NCBI GenBank assembly: GCA_040954595.2
Contig: CM082584.2
Coordinates: forward strand, 12,182,875 to 12,246,874
Source: Balanoglossus misakiensis
Lineage: Eukaryota; Animalia; Hemichordata
Direction of reading: 5' to 3'
Length of the DNA stretch: 64,000 nucleotides
The position numbers and the translations under genes are program-made. Positions 1 to 14,499 of the stretch are shown here, one piece after another; the stretch's first letter is position 1; each line of letters starts with the position of its first letter. The notes beneath the pieces are model-generated. The model did no database searches. It was not told the DNA's origin and worked only from the letters and a program-made list of their open reading frames with translations.

Positions 1-207
1 GACAGAAATAGATTATCTGTCATCCAGCAAATGACAAAATTGTTCAATATTATCCAGTGTTATTTATGAGATCATTATTCTCTCTGTTTCTCAGCTTCCC
101 TTCCTTAAGGCCATGTTTTGCTTAGCTTCTATTTGATATAGACAAATGGAAACTCATATTGTATCTGACAAATGATTCTGATATAAATCTTTTAAAACTA
201 TTTTCAG

Positions 208-3200
208 AGTGAGTTAGACGCAGATGTGGTGAGGCACTCCCCACACAGCACTCCTAAACGAGCTATCCCACATCTTGGTAACAACATAGCCAATCAACAT
301 GGCTCACCAATTCATGGACTACACATGGATTTGTCACACTTTCCGAATGTGCAAACCATTACACTACAAAAGGTGGGTGCAAAAGATTTATTCTGAAAGG
401 GGGCGAAGGGGAGGGGGTGATGTTGATTATTATTCTATTTTGATGAGTGTAATTTAAATGATTTATTTGATTTGACAATTTCAGGGATCTGGAAGTTTGG
501 GTTTGGCAATACAGGCCAGAGAAGCTGGAATATTTGTCAAAGACGTCACATTTGGTGGAGCTGCATTTCAGGTAATCTGTGCTACATTGGTTAGCATTTC
601 CCTTCCTAGTTAAGATTGGTTAGCAAGTCACATATCTCAGTGGAGTTTGGTTAACAATGCTCTTCCTAGGTAGAGTTGGTTAGCCGTGCATCTGTGATGA
701 ACCATGGTTGAGAGAGTGTTTTCAGTAATTTTTTATCTACTGAGTTTTACTGCACCAGTTGGAGAGACGTTATGGTTTAATACTAAGTTAAAATGCAATA
801 TTTTTTACCACTTGTACTCAGGATGGCCGTGTGAAAGTCGGTGACCAACTCCTGGCGGTGGACAAACAATCTCTGTTAGATATATCACAAGAAAAAGCAA
901 TAAGCATTCTGAAGAACACATCGGACTCTGTACAACTGACAATCAGCGGACAAGGTGAGAATCCATTGGACGATGCGGGAGAATTGACACCTGTCAATCA
1001 AAGATCACCTCTACGGACACCTGTCAATCAATCACCAGTTGAGAAGACCGCTCCTCATCAGTTCACACTGTCAATATCACTAACATCGACCACAGTCACC
1101 ACAACTGCAAGTTCTGTTTCTAACTCTGCTGAGGCGACTGCCGACTTGCCCATCAGCGGCAGTACACATCCACCCTCTCCTTCGACCAGTAGACCTGGAA
1201 CTTCCCAGGAGGTCCAACAATCACCCATAAAACATGCAGTCTCACCAAAGAAATCACCACCACCACCATTATCATTATCATCATCTACAACTACTACTAC
1301 TAACAATTCAAGTAAGAATTAATTTTACAACACTTTCACCATCTCACTTGACATGTCTGTACAGTAGAGTTTGTTCTGTAGTGTTGATAAGCTACTTCAA
1401 GTACTGTTTGTTGTGTTGTGCTGTGTTGTGTTGTGTTCTGTTGTTATGTTCTGTTCTGTTCTGTTGTGCTCTGTTGTGTTCTTTTTCTTTGATGGTTGAA
1501 CTTTGTATGTGCATCTGTTTTCTGGGTGTCTGTACCCAGGATGTCAATTCAAACTACATATGTACACATTACAATTCTACAAAACATTTTATATCATATG
1601 TAATTTATTTATATCACATCAGTAACATTTAAAAAAATAAGTTAGAAAGACTAACAAGTTCTCATCCACTTATGTGACACTCATAGGTTTGTAAAACATC
1701 TAACCTAACATTTATTTAACATTCCACACTGTCGGTCATCAACCCATACAATTTGAGATGCAAAATCTCTGTCATTCTCTGTTGATGAGTTCCCCCAAAA
1801 TTCATCCACACCAAAACATGTTTTATATGTGTTCTAATATTTGGGTGCCGTATACAGCAACCACAGAAAATAATTGAGTTGACTCAGATGGCTGTGGCAT
1901 TTGGTAATAATTTGTACATTTTTAGCAATGAAATATATTTTTGGTGATGTCAGTCACAGGTCGTTTGCCTGCTGCAGATAATGCCGATGACACTTTTTTG
2001 ATGAATCCTTGGCGTGATGTAAAAAAGTGAAAGTTGCTAGAGCGATGAAGTTAGAAATGTCAAAGCTCCATAATTTATGTGAAATATTCATTGAAACGCC
2101 ACAGTTGATCACTCTTCTGTGACACTGACTTTACCACAGTGTTGTTGTAGGTAATTTGTTCTTGTTGAGTGAATTCCTTCCTCAGTTTGTCTGAAAGTGG
2201 CGACAATTCCATGCTGCAAATTATTTACGCCAGATATTTCCTGAAGGATCTTTGATGTCTCATTTGCATTAGCAGTTCCAGTCTCTAAAACTTAAAAGCA
2301 TGTTTGAATTGCAAGATGATTGGTTCGTCAAGACAGTCTGTAAATGTTACCTGTAATTGTTGACAAAATCTAGACTTTAAATTCAAGTAGTTGTAATTAC
2401 AGTGAAAGTTAGACATTTAAACATGCACCAAGCTAAGAACTCACCAATTTATTATGTATAAACCAGAAGGTACCTTTCTTGTCTGAATACATTACATGGA
2501 ACTATAATACAGCAAACAATTCATGTTATATCTTACTCTTAGAATCCCAAATGAGTATACTCTATAGTTACAAACATGTAACGTTTGAGTGACCTGTCAT
2601 GGATGATTTACTGTACCATCTTCAGGGACATAGGATTATATGTCAAAGATTCCTCTAAGTTTTCTCGCTTGTTTGGGTTTCCTTAGTTCACAAATGAGTA
2701 TCTGTGACCTCGAAAGCAGTTTGCTGTAATCAAGCTACAATACTATGGATAATGAGTGTTTGATAAAACAAGTAATTGGTATTTCATTGGCTCGTTTTCA
2801 AGTTCTGCTCAGTAAAATTAAGTCAAACATTTCCAATTGACATTGACAGCTAAAGCCCTCTCGCCTGTGGTTGATCCAGTCAAGATAGCAGCAAGGCAAT
2901 CACCTGTCTCGGAACCACTCAGGCCACCAAGTCCACCAGCTGATCCACGGACATGTTCCATCACTCCAGGGAAGGAGTGTCGCATCGTTATTCCCAAAGG
3001 AAAAACTGGTTTAGGACTCAGTATAGTTGGTGGTGCCGATACACTCTTGGTAAGTCTACAGATAAAATCTAAAGTTTGTCCAGCATACAAGAGTCTTCAA
3101 GTCTCAATTAGGCTGTAACGTTGACACAAGAACAGTGTTTTTTATAAATCACTTACCATTAAACTGTTTTCAGGCAGATAAAACTTTGTTTTTCTCTTGA

Positions 3201-6200
3201 GTTCTAGGTCATTACTACTAGTCTCGTTAATAATTAATATTGCACATGGGACCCAATTTCCCTTCCCATGAAAAATTCATTTGACTTGCAGGCAGTTTCT
3301 GTCCCATAGGGGCAATAGGTTTTCCTGAGAAGTATGTCACAGTAACCTCCATGGCAACATTTCATGGTTCAAAAATCGTCATTTTTTAGTTGCCAGTTGT
3401 CAGTTTCTTCTCAGTCAAATTTCTGATTCGTTGTTTAAAAAAATGAAATAAAAATATTTTTTTTTAAGCAGAAAAATAAGTTTGAACATTAAAACAATAT
3501 TTTGGATTTGTTCAGGTTGATGTTCAATTAATCATTAAGCCAGAAAAAGTGTTCTTGTAGTTCCCAGAGGGCAAGTATAGTTCTCTGGTACCATCTGCAC
3601 ACACTCAGTCTCCGTCTTGTAAGCCAGCTGCTTCAGTCTGTGTTTTGCCACAGAATCTGGATTAATTGACAAGCGCATTACAGCAGAGTGGACTCAGTCA
3701 GATTCTGTTCAGGGCAGGAATTTCCACCTGAGGCTTGGAATCTGACCTGACAGCTTTCCAAATGAGTTGATGCACAATTCAATCGAAAAGAGGAAGCCTG
3801 CAATTACTAGGTGTGTCAGCGTGTGTCAAAGAGGCGACATGGCAGGACCGATTAAGATATAAAAATAGGACTTAAGGGGGGTCCCTTGTGGGCAAGTTCT
3901 TTGTGTTGCCTTTGCTTCAGTAATATCTGGAACTTTGACATTGTGTACTTCTAATTAAACGGCTAATTTATATATTCCTGAACTTATCCATAATATTCCC
4001 AGTTGTCCATGATGGCAGCTGGCATTGTAAAAACCCTAATCCGTAACATTTCCCAAGTCTTCCATGACTAATATCCAGTCAAAAATTCAAAATCATTAAC
4101 CTGTGATTGATATTGTAGTCATCCGTGACTGTCGCCTGGCAAAGTTCAAAATCCTTGACCTGTCTGTGGTTTCCATAGCCGAATCCTGGCTAAGTTCAAA
4201 ATCCTTGACCTATCCATGATCATTACAGCTAGTTTTCCATGAGCTTGTTAAAGCTGCAAATCCTTGACCCATCGCCAGAACATTGGGATGGCATTTGAAA
4301 GAAAAGGAGCGTGCAGTGTTTCATTGATTCCAGTTGACTAACAAACAGACAGACAGTCTCTCTACATTGATGAGTTCAAATCTGAATCCTCATCTCAATT
4401 GAGAAAGCAGACTGTTTTAATAGTTCCTGGATTGAATTTGGTCTGTGGGCGATTACTGGCCATGTGACATTTTCTGAAGAGCTCTCAGACGATTGTCGGT
4501 TGTGAGAATTCTTTTCCTGTAATTGCATCTTATTGCCTCGTTCAATTCAGTGGAGATGGAGTGGTTATCTGTAGGCCAACAAAGACTCTCTGAATTCTAA
4601 AGAGGAAAGGCACTGTAGTTTTGTTAAAAAGGACATTGAAATAATTGTAAATTTTACCATCTGTGATTTCGTTGAGAATTTTTCAGTGAATTTTTCTTAC
4701 TTTGCATTAACAGGGTGCTATAATAGTTCATGAAGTCTATGAGGAAGGTGCCGCAGCAAGAGATGGAAGACTATGGGCAGGTGATCAGATCTTAGAGGTA
4801 AAGTGCAATAAATCCAAAGAAATGAAGATTTCATCTTGTGATTTTTTATTAAGTGAAACCCTAACCTACCACCCGCACACACAAACGATCATCAAATGTA
4901 ATGTATGAGCAAACTATTTGTCTCTGAAATGGTTTATGGGTTAATAGAGTCTTATTTTTTTGACATAAACAACATTGCATTGCAAGTAGCTCAGTTGGTT
5001 CCATAGATGACAGATGGTAGCTTGATATGGTGAACAAGTATGCACAGTATATCTCCCAGACAAATGATCTCACATTTGGCAGTAGTGAAATATGACTTTG
5101 ACCACATTGCCAGTTTAGATGAAAGAAGGGTTGAGTGGATGTCAACTGCTTACAAATGCAGTAGGATACAGTATTCCATACCCTCACCCTACTACAAACA
5201 TTTGTGTGGTTATGAAAAGATAGATTGAACTCATAAACAAGTTGTTTCTTCTTCTTTTTTCCAGGTGAGTGGTGAAGACTTGAGAGAGGCAACTCATGAC
5301 AGAGCCATTGCAGTACTCAGACAGACTCCAGCTGAGGTGGAGCTGGTTGTGTTCAGAGACGACGTACAGTACAGAGATGAGGAAATGTATGATGTCATCA
5401 CAGTGGAATTCATGAAGAAACCCGGGAGGGGACTGGGACTCAGCATTGTGGGCAGAAGGTGAGGAGTCAGAAAAAAATTTAGCATCAGATAATTCCATAA
5501 TCATATCAAGAGGTGATGTTTCTACTAATTGTCTCTTAAAATTTGTTGTACACACTGACAGTAATCTAAATGCTTTTCAATCTGTTGTGTACTTTGAAAA
5601 GAAACGACACTGGCGTATTCATCTCGGACATTGTGAGAGGTGGAGTGGCTGAAGCTGATGGCAGACTGATGCAAGGAGATCAGATTTATTCTGTCAACGG
5701 TGAAGATTTGAGAGATGCAACACAGGAGGACGCTGCTATTGCCCTGAAGGTATGAAACTTTTCTCTGTCACAACCTCAAACCCGACGTCTTACTTAGTAA
5801 AAAATTGCAATTATACACCATGTGATCCTTAAAGAGCTACATGTTTAGTGAATGTATAAGCATGTTGGTTTTATTATTGTCATTTTGTTTTTTCCTCAGA
5901 TGACAAAAGGGAGAGTCATACTGCAAGTCGGCCGTCTCAAAGTTAGCTCCAAACACTCCTCAAGGAGATCATCACATACAAGTGAAGCCAGCCAGGGTAG
6001 CAATACACCAGCCTCACCACAGTCAAGTCAGTCACAAAGTATGTAATAATCTGTGCATCCAGCATTTTCCAATTCAATGTTTGCCTGTCTTTGTAATGAA
6101 CTGCCTAATTTGTGTTTACAGGTTCCACTGAAGACAAAGTTAGGGGAGTTGAGTTCTTCAAAGGACCCAACGATGTTCTTGGACTCAGCGTGGCTGGTGG

Positions 6201-9018
6201 CCAGGGCAGTCCACTTGGAGATGTTCCGCTCTTTGTTGCGTCGCTACAACCTAATGGTGTTGCCTCCAAATCAGGAAAATTAAGAGTAAGTTTGAGATCA
6301 ACTTGAAAAATAAAAAGAGTGCTAGTAGTAGACTGCAAACATGTTGCAAGGTAGTTATCCACACTGAGTGACGTCCTGCATCTGCCAGTCTCTCCATTCA
6401 ACATCATCTCTGTGTCTAAACATCATCAAACAAAACCCAAACCTCTTTCCATTATCGCACCCCAGATCGGTGACAAAGTTCTCAGTATTAACGGGCAAAG
6501 CTTGGAGAACATCAGCCACACCAAGGCCGTCAGTCTGTTGAAACAAGCCACTGGTAACATCGTCTTAGAAGTGACACAGAGCAGTACTGGTAGCACCGAT
6601 GATCTGGCAAGTCCGACCACGCCCTCTTCTGTGTCCTCCTCGAAGAGTACATCCTCTAGTTTGAATGATGACCCTGCAGCAGGGTGAGTGTATGACACAG
6701 TGTGGTATCTGAACATAGTGCAGTATTGACCTCGTAGACCATGAACTGCACTATCCCCTTGAAAGGATCGGCAACTTGCAAGATTTCAACAAATCGATAC
6801 ACTGATATCAAAAGTCAATAATCCCACTTACTGATGGAAGTCACTAAGCAGTGTTAGTGACATTTTCAGTCACTTATTTTACTCTAAAAGAAATAGTGTG
6901 ATCAGATGTATATATCATACAGTGAGTTGAATAATCCACATTTATTTCAGGGTAATGACATTAATGTAGTTTTTGTCCTCAAACGAATGATGCGATTTTC
7001 TTATCACTCGAGAATTGAACAAACTGTCAAAACTCTTTCTTCCAGTAATTTTAACATTCTGTATCCTCTCTTAAACTGGTAAAAATCTTTGCAAGTTCTG
7101 AATTTACGTCTCAGTACTGTGTGGAATGAATAGTGAAGTGAAACAGAAACAAGCTCTCTTTCTGTACCTCGTAGCTTTTTTGAAAACTAACCAATCATGA
7201 TCTTTTTCTCCATCTTATCTTGTCTCTAGGAAAAAATAAGTCGGTACGTGTTGTCAACTCTGTCTGCATCTCTCTCTCTTACAAACTCTACTAAAAATTC
7301 CTTTCTCAAGCACTTTGACTTTCTCTTTTGTGAAATGGTGCATGCATAACTATCCTCTGCAAATCCTGTTTCTGTGTCCAGAATTACCAAAATGCCATTA
7401 CAAGTTAGTAGGGCTTAGATGTTCATCATACTCAGTTATGACTGCTATCTGGTGTCATTTCTATCTCTGGTCATCATGTTTGATTTAGCAATGCATTGTA
7501 ACTCTAGGAATTAACCCTTTGGAAATATCACAAATTTGCGATTAAGAGATCAATGTTTTACATTAAGGATGTATGTTAATGGCATTTTGGAGCAAACTAA
7601 TTCTCTGATTCCTAGTGCACCTGTAACCTTAGCAGGAAAAACTTTCACTAGAACACATCCACACATACAAACTGGATGCACTATGCATGTTGTATAAACA
7701 CACACCCAGAAATTGATATAGCCTTTACATAGAAGTTTTCTGTAGAAGTGTACATAGGTATTTACATAGGTATTCAAAGTTTGTGTATAAAGTTATGTTG
7801 AAATCACCTGTCTTTAACAGCAACCAACCCTCTTCTAGAATCTGTAATGAGTGTTTGATGTCCCATTTAATGTGTTTGTGGGTGCATGCAATTAGGTTCA
7901 ACTGGAGAGTATGACTGATTTGTCCTCTGGGATATAACATCCTTTGTAGAGATAAATGGAAAATATTTTTCCTGAACAGAAACATCTCAGGTGTATGTAG
8001 CTCATGATATTTTTATGGGAGGCAGACACTGACTGTGTTTGCACCAATTAAGATATTTTGATGTTGACCATAGAAAACAATGGATTTGGATCAACCCATG
8101 TTTGTTAAGAGTTAAAAGTGCAAATACTTTGACTGTGTAGATATTCATCACACCCATCTCTTTAAATGCATTAGTGTTGTCTGCTAATTAATCTGTGTGG
8201 AAAGTAATGTTCTCATCGTGCTCAGAACCGTATCAATTACTTCAAGCCATTTACTTTCTTCAATTGACTGACCACTAAAATTTATAGTCTCATTAGTTTG
8301 AGTTTGTCACTGTCTAATTTTTGAAAAAGACTTGTTTGATGAGTGTCGTACTTGATGTGTACATGTATGGACATTTTTGATCATTGATGAGGCAGTTCAG
8401 GTTGAACTGATCTCCAACATTTATCGTTGAGGGGGGAGGAGTAGGTTATATTTTGGATGAAGAGGTGTAGTATTTGGAGCAAGGTATTATGGTTTCGAGA
8501 GGGAAGAACTTAGATTTGAAGGAAAGTATTCTTTCAGTTTTGCATCTGCTACGACTGACATGTATTGCTGTGTTTGAGGGTGATGTAATAAACATTCAGA
8601 AAGGGAGGGGAATATAGTCATTTATCGGAGGCATAATCATCGAAGAGAATATGAAAACTCTTGGTATGTCTGACTATAAGGTCTTCTACATATAGATTGT
8701 TTTGTTTTTGTTTTTTCGTTCTAATATTTTTCTCTTTCTATCTGCAGAATAAGTAAAGTCAAAACGGTAGAACTAGTCCGTGGACCAGATGGCCTAGGCT
8801 TCAGCATTGTTGGTGGTTTCGGAAGCCCTCATGGAGACCTTCCGATCTACGTCAAGACAGTGTTTTCCAAGGGAGCTGCAGCAGACAGTGGGCAGTTGAA
8901 ACGTGGCGACCAAATCTTGGCCGTCAATGGGGAGAACCTGGAAGGAGCCACCCATGACCATGCTGTTGCATTGCTGAAGAAATCTGAAGACATGGTTATT
9001 CTCACTGTTTTGACATAG
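208..9018 (+). CDS. MPDZ: Multiple PDZ domain protein (MPDZ/MUPP1/PATJ family), 3' portion; 5' end lies outside the window
   Basis: Spliced exons (~208-372, 485-571, 822-1311, ~2802-3048, 4714-4797, 5265-5458, ~5602-5749, 5900-6038, 6122-6285, 6465-6683, 8748-9018) encode successive PDZ domains: [60 protein letters not shown] and terminal [54 protein letters not shown], matching the C-terminal PDZs of MPDZ. Stop TAG 9016-9018. Confidence 0.9.
585..712. repeat. Degenerate ~31-bp intronic tandem repeat (core ttggttagca)
   Basis: ttggttag/ttggttaa recurs at ~587, 617, 647, 676 and 706, with ttcctag spacers in two units. Confidence 0.55.
1405..1482. repeat. (TGTTG/TGTTC)n pentanucleotide microsatellite
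   Basis: Direct inspection of tgttgtgttgtgctgtgttgtgttgtgttctgttg... Confidence 0.8.
3990..4272. repeat. Degenerate 50-60 bp minisatellite in MPDZ intron
   Basis: Recurring ttccatga ... aagttcaaaatccttgacc units (cores near 4085, 4143, 4193, 4253). Confidence 0.6.
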
Positions 9019-11295
9019 TGTTGTCGGTAGTACTCAGCAGTTTGACAAAGTAAAATTAGGATGTGTAAACAGTTTTGGGCTGCTTCGTCAATCTGTCTCA
9101 GTCAAAAAAAAATCATGCCATTTAGAACTCATCATGAACAAATTCACTCTTCATAATTATTTGTCTCTTAAAGTCAGTTCTCAGCACTAAGCAAGTTCAC
9201 TAATCTGTCTGAGCTGACTGACTTATGATATACCGTATTATTCATATGGTGTATAGCATTGCACACACACACACACTCAGTAAAAACTCACAGAAAAATC
9301 ATCAAAGTTGTAGCAATTTTTATTAGTGAGCCTAAATCAGTATCAAATTTGATTTTTTTATATCTCTGAGATGGAAAAGTGTCTGTTGCCCAAATTCTAA
9401 TGTGATGATTGGTCACTGAGGGTGCTCTCACCTTCAAATTCAATTTGTGTGTTTGTTCTCAAGAGCCTTGAACTGTGTGAATGGAGGTATTACAATAATC
9501 CTTCCAATCAAAATTTATCTGATATGCAGCAATCAAAAGTTGAGTATTAAGGAGGTTTCCAGATTACAATTTAAGTATTGATGTTTCCAAGGTTACCATT
9601 CCTCCAGAATTTAGGAATTGATTTTTCATCCAGTAGATCCCAGGATCCATAGCTTCCCTTTCAGCATATTTTAATCTAATATTTGTTCTGCAAATTCATT
9701 GTTCAGGAAGTCTTTCAATAACTTATTTCCTGGAAAAAAATGCAATTATGTTCAATTTTCCTATGCAACTTTCTAGGACATAATACTAGGTCAACTTCCA
9801 GATGTCTGTAAAAATACATGTAAAATTTTTTCCACGGCAATGTTCAATCATTTAATCACATTAATCATGTATTAATATATTTAAAAAAATTATAAATTTG
9901 AACAGAAATGTGGCATGTTTTTTGAGATCTCAACTTCCGAACAAATATTTAAATTGATCTTTCTGGTACTGGATTAAAACACGATCTGTTATGTGTCATA
10001 TAATTATACTCTGTCTGCAATGGGGAAGTTATCCTGAAAGGTTCAGAATCGGAATTTAAAAGTCATTTGAATCTCCATAATCACCAGCTTCTGTCAATCA
10101 TGTCTACTCCCGTGCAGCCCAAACAAGAGACCATTTTATTCTTATATGTATTTTTTAATTCTGCATAATTTCCTTATATTGATCAGTCTTCATTTAATAG
10201 CTCCATAGCTCAATTCTTCCAAATTTCAATAACCTTTCCTCATAAATTTTCTACCATAACTGTTGCAGCGGGTGACAGATTTTATGTCCAGGCCTCGACA
10301 AATCTGCTAATGTCTGTCTGTTGTTTTTTGTTGCTTTTAAAAATATATGTATTTGTTTTGGCAGGAACCATTGAAACATGAAAGTAGCCTGAAAGTCACA
10401 TAGAGATGGAACCAGTATTATTTTGCAATGCTTATAGATGTTCCCAGAATGCTTTGAGCATTGACAGAAAACACTTCTTCCAGTGTGACTCTGTTACAAT
10501 TTCTCCAGAGGGCGCCTTGTTCTGTCAAATCGACGATCAAGATTGTGTTCTCAAGACTCAACGAAGATTTTCAAGATACATATGGGGCAATGATAAGAAA
10601 CCATGAAACCTTTTTGTTTTCTGCCCCGGAGAAGACGAAATGTTTGTGGTGGAAGAGTTTAACTCTTTAAACAGAAGACAGGTCACATTGTTTTTATTTG
10701 CAGATATTTTAATATTTCAACATTTATTACTTTCCAATCAGTTAGGGTGTTTGAGCGATAAACACAACAGCCAATAGGCTGTCCCAAACAGTATCTTTGC
10801 AATCTGTAACTATTCCCTGATTTCTTGTATATACTTGTTCAAAGGATAATTCGAGTAGACAGAATTTTAAATATTGATATAATATCAAACAACTGCCATT
10901 GTTAAAAATGAAGGTCACAAATAAAGATTTTTTACATAATAAACTTCTGTGATATTTGGGTCTTTGTCATGGCCATTGGCATCAGGCTGGTGTTCTTCTT
11001 CATGCAGCATGTATATGCATGTATTCTCATTGTCAAAGTATTTGAGTTCATCAAGACACAGTCACTTCAAGTCAGTTTAGGTGTTAACAAGTGTATTTTA
11101 TTTGCATTTCAGGTCAAATGTATACAGACGTCTCCAGCAAGAACATTACAATTACAAATATTTAATACATTCAAGTGAATTTCTATTAAGTACAGGTGGT
11201 GTCTTTGGGTATAAAAATGAATGTCAGCAGCTGATAGTATCTAGCCATTATGAGCTTCTTGACTTGGTGCAAAACCCCTCCAGTCATTCCTACAT

Positions 11296-14200
11296 TTATT
11301 TTGGTTTTGCTATCATCACTACATTTTCTAATGAAATCTCAGGATTGACATAATACGCCAGGTTGACACTAAGTCCTTTTTTCTGCAAGTACTGCATTCT
11401 TCCGACATCGATCAGCCTCTTGCACATTTTCCCGATGTCTTCCCGTTCGTCCACGCTCATGGAATCGAGAAGGTCCCTGTATTCCTGATTGATCGGCTCC
11501 TTGACATCGGAATGATCGGAATCATCTGGAACAGCCTCAGCCTCTGGTACTGTTGCATCATATGAATCTGAAGGTTTCATCTTGCTCTGAGGTCTGGTGC
11601 CACATGTGGCCCAGCTGGTCAGTCGGGTCACCAAGATAAAGTCCCTCGGTGAAAATCCCTGAGTCTGGAAAAATTCCCGACCGACATAACTGGACCAGCT
11701 GCACTTGTGGTGACAGCAGAGAGCAATCACAACACCTTTGAGTCTCTCGGATGAATCTGTTTTCAGACGCTTACAGTCCGGATGATCAGATTGTTCACGC
11801 GCCTGGTCTGCAAACGACCCACTGGGACAGGACAGTGTTTCTGTCATGCATCGAAGAGTGAAATCTGAAGAGATATTAGAAAATGCAAGAAAAGAAAATA
11901 CAAGTTGGAAGCATGAACATGTGAATGTATCATTTACACATAGACTTTCCACAAATTACTGATGTTTTTTATGTGAGAAATTATCTGGAGCATTGAGGAT
12001 TTTATGGGCAACAATTTGCACTGACCTGTTGCTACCCCACACAAATGTTTGCTTATGGCAACCACTGCAGAGTGATGAGTGTCAGCTACACTGGGCACTT
12101 TGCCAAGACACAGATGTTCGATGTCGATACGAATTCTCTCGAAGTGTGGTCCATCTTCACTTCCTTTGTGGTAACAGTCCAACTACATACAAAGACAAAA
12201 ACAAAATCAAAAATGCATTGTATAAAAAAACATCTATTGCATTTACTGTATGTGGTAAATTCTTTAGATTTGCATGAGCAATGCAGTATGTTACGAACCT
12301 TGTATCTGTTGGCCCCTCGATCCACCAATAGGAATTTAGTATCTGTGCTGTCAGGCAGTGATTTTTGAACCCAGTGTGAGAGCTGACCTAGAAGCAAATG
12401 ATGAAATTGTCAGTAGATGTGTTAAGCAGAGTTATATAGTTTGGCAAGTCAAAGTATGTACCATTGACTATAGATGATGGGAGAGAGAGAGAGAGAGAGA
12501 GACCAATTAGCACTTGGTATTAACAGATACTGCAACGCACCTTTGCCAGCGCCAAATTCCACAAAGCATGTACCACAGCTTAGGAGGTCAGATTGTTGCA
12601 TGTTTCCCAGCAGTGAGGATGTCTGTGTGAGATGCTTCAGGGCCGTAGCTCCATTTCCAGGGTTGACTAATTCACTCTGCAATGCTGGGTGGTCTTGAAC
12701 TGAATTTGAGATTGGCACGGCATGCTCTGTAAACCAACCAACGGGAGAAGTAGATGCATGGTTTAGTCACAGTCAACTCCACTGTGGTTTAGTATTAGAA
12801 CTGAATGAACATGGAATTATAAGTACAAGAGGGGTGATCACTTGCTTGATAGGAGGGATGAGTGTCTAATAATTAGGACATTTACTTACCCTTATAAACC
12901 TTCTTCAGTTTTGTAATCAAAGCAACCAGTTCATTCCTTGGCAGAGATGACAGTGTAATCTAAATAGACAAATGTGGAGAGAATTTACTGAATTGTGTAT
13001 TACGGTTGTAACAGAGAACAGTCCCTGTAATTACAGCCATGTCTTGTAATGAGTCTGTGGGTTGTGTTTTTATGTGTATTGCATACAAACATTTCTGTCA
13101 CTCCAGGTCAGTATGGCATACCTTATCAGCAGGATCATTGCCATCGTCTGGTGAACCCGAGTTGATGTTCTTTTGGAAGTAATCCTGGAAAAATGAAAGG
13201 AATGATTATTATTTTCAATATAAAATACTGAAATTATGAAAAAAAGTTTGACATGATTGATTCATTCTCTGAAACACCAAAGAACTGTTGTACGTATAAA
13301 GTGGATAGACATTGATTGGGTATCTTCTCCTACCGGCTGTGGTTTTTCTCTTGCGTTGCATTTCTTCAAGTGTTTCTCCATCTGGTCTTCATACACTGTA
13401 CTGCAAAAGTATAATTTGTAACATCAGACACTGCCAGCTGTACTGACTAATTTTGACAACAAAAGGGTACAATCAACTTGAGAGATTTGGTAGGAGAAAC
13501 TGTCTAGGCTCTTTAAGTAAACTGAGCTTCAAATGTCACCTACTGTTTTGTATCCAATGGACAAGGTATCCTATTTCTTTTATCTTCATCCTGAATATGC
13601 AGGAGAAACAAGACAATTTTGCATCAACATCTGAGAAGAGCAATGGATATTAACTGAAAGCCAAGCCAGAACAGTGATTGTAAATTAAATCAAAATCAAT
13701 TTATTCAGTATCAAAATACAGTTACAAATCATAAAGTAAAAAACTAAATTGACAGATATATGTAAAATAACAGTTAAAATATTTCATTTACTCATTAAAT
13801 TCGGGGGGAGGGGTCTTTTCAAAATTGTCTTAAAATTAAGACTTTCAAAATGGCCGCCAAATTTGAGGTTCAAAATGGCCGCCTATATCTGTGCTTAGTC
13901 TATGGCATTCAAAATGGCCGCCAAATTTAGTGACTTTGAAAATCTCTATGGTAAACATTATGTAGAAATTTTACTCATAGTTCAACCACACACACCTTCC
14001 ATCCCACTTGTAGACGCCAGAGCAAAATGAATATTCGGTGTTTACCATTTATTCATTTTGGCGAGATTTTTACTCTCATATCCTACAAACGTGATGGTTG
14101 AATGTTGATTCACTATATATCCACATGTGCATCAGCATAGACAGTGTAGTGAATCAAACATAATAAATGGGAAAAGAAGAGTGAGAGAGAAACTTTGTCC

Positions 14201-14499
14201 CTTTATAATCAGCCTAAGGATTAGTCTGGGTTACCCAGACTCCTCTGCTGGAGTACTCAACGGAAGAAGCAGAGGGGTCTGGGTAACTGAGACAAACACA
14301 AAGGCAGTTATCTGGTACTAGTTATGGGATACCGCAACTGTGGTGGTGTAACGTGTGTTCATATTACCTGTGTATCAGTATCGAGGTGTGCATGCAGTCC
14401 ACAATACTTCTTCCCTGGAATAAGTGTTACTTTGCAATAGCGTTTCTTTCTGGCAAGGAAATATGCACAATTCGGCGAAACAGCTGTACTCTCCGCCAT
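11296..14499 (-). CDS. TRMT13: tRNA:m(4)X modification enzyme TRM13 homolog
   Basis: ATG at 14499: MAESTAVSPNCAYFLARKKRYC..KYCGLH (CCCH finger), RIPCPLDTKHTVYEDQMEKHLKKCN (CHHC finger), FVEFGAGKGQLSHW, FLLVDR, RIRIDIEHLCL, SKHLCGVATD, IALCCHHKC, SWATCG, CKRLIDVGR, ISLEN. GT-AG exons; stop at 11296-11298. Confidence 0.95.
13844..13922. repeat. Three copies of TTCAAAATGGCCGCC in TRMT13 intron 1 (YY1-like motif or transposon remnant)
   Basis: Exact 15-mer at 13844, 13869 and 13908. Confidence 0.6.
14224..14293. mobile_element. Short palindromic MITE-like inverted repeat
   Basis: gtctgggttacccagactcctctgct pairs with agcagaggggtctgggtaactgagac (26-bp arms, 3 mismatches); the left arm is itself palindromic. 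Confidence 0.55.

Noticed and set aside
1234-1632. 132-aa Cys/Leu-rich ORF
   Set aside because: Artefact of the TGTTG/TGTTC microsatellite in an MPDZ intron.
6715-6754. Small hairpin atagtgcagt..actgcactat
   Set aside because: 10-bp stem only; insufficient to call a miRNA or mobile element.
10365-10670. Acceptor-like site and short ORFs downstream of MPDZ
   Set aside because: Most simply 3'UTR (AATAAA at ~10920 and ~10938); no homology recognised.
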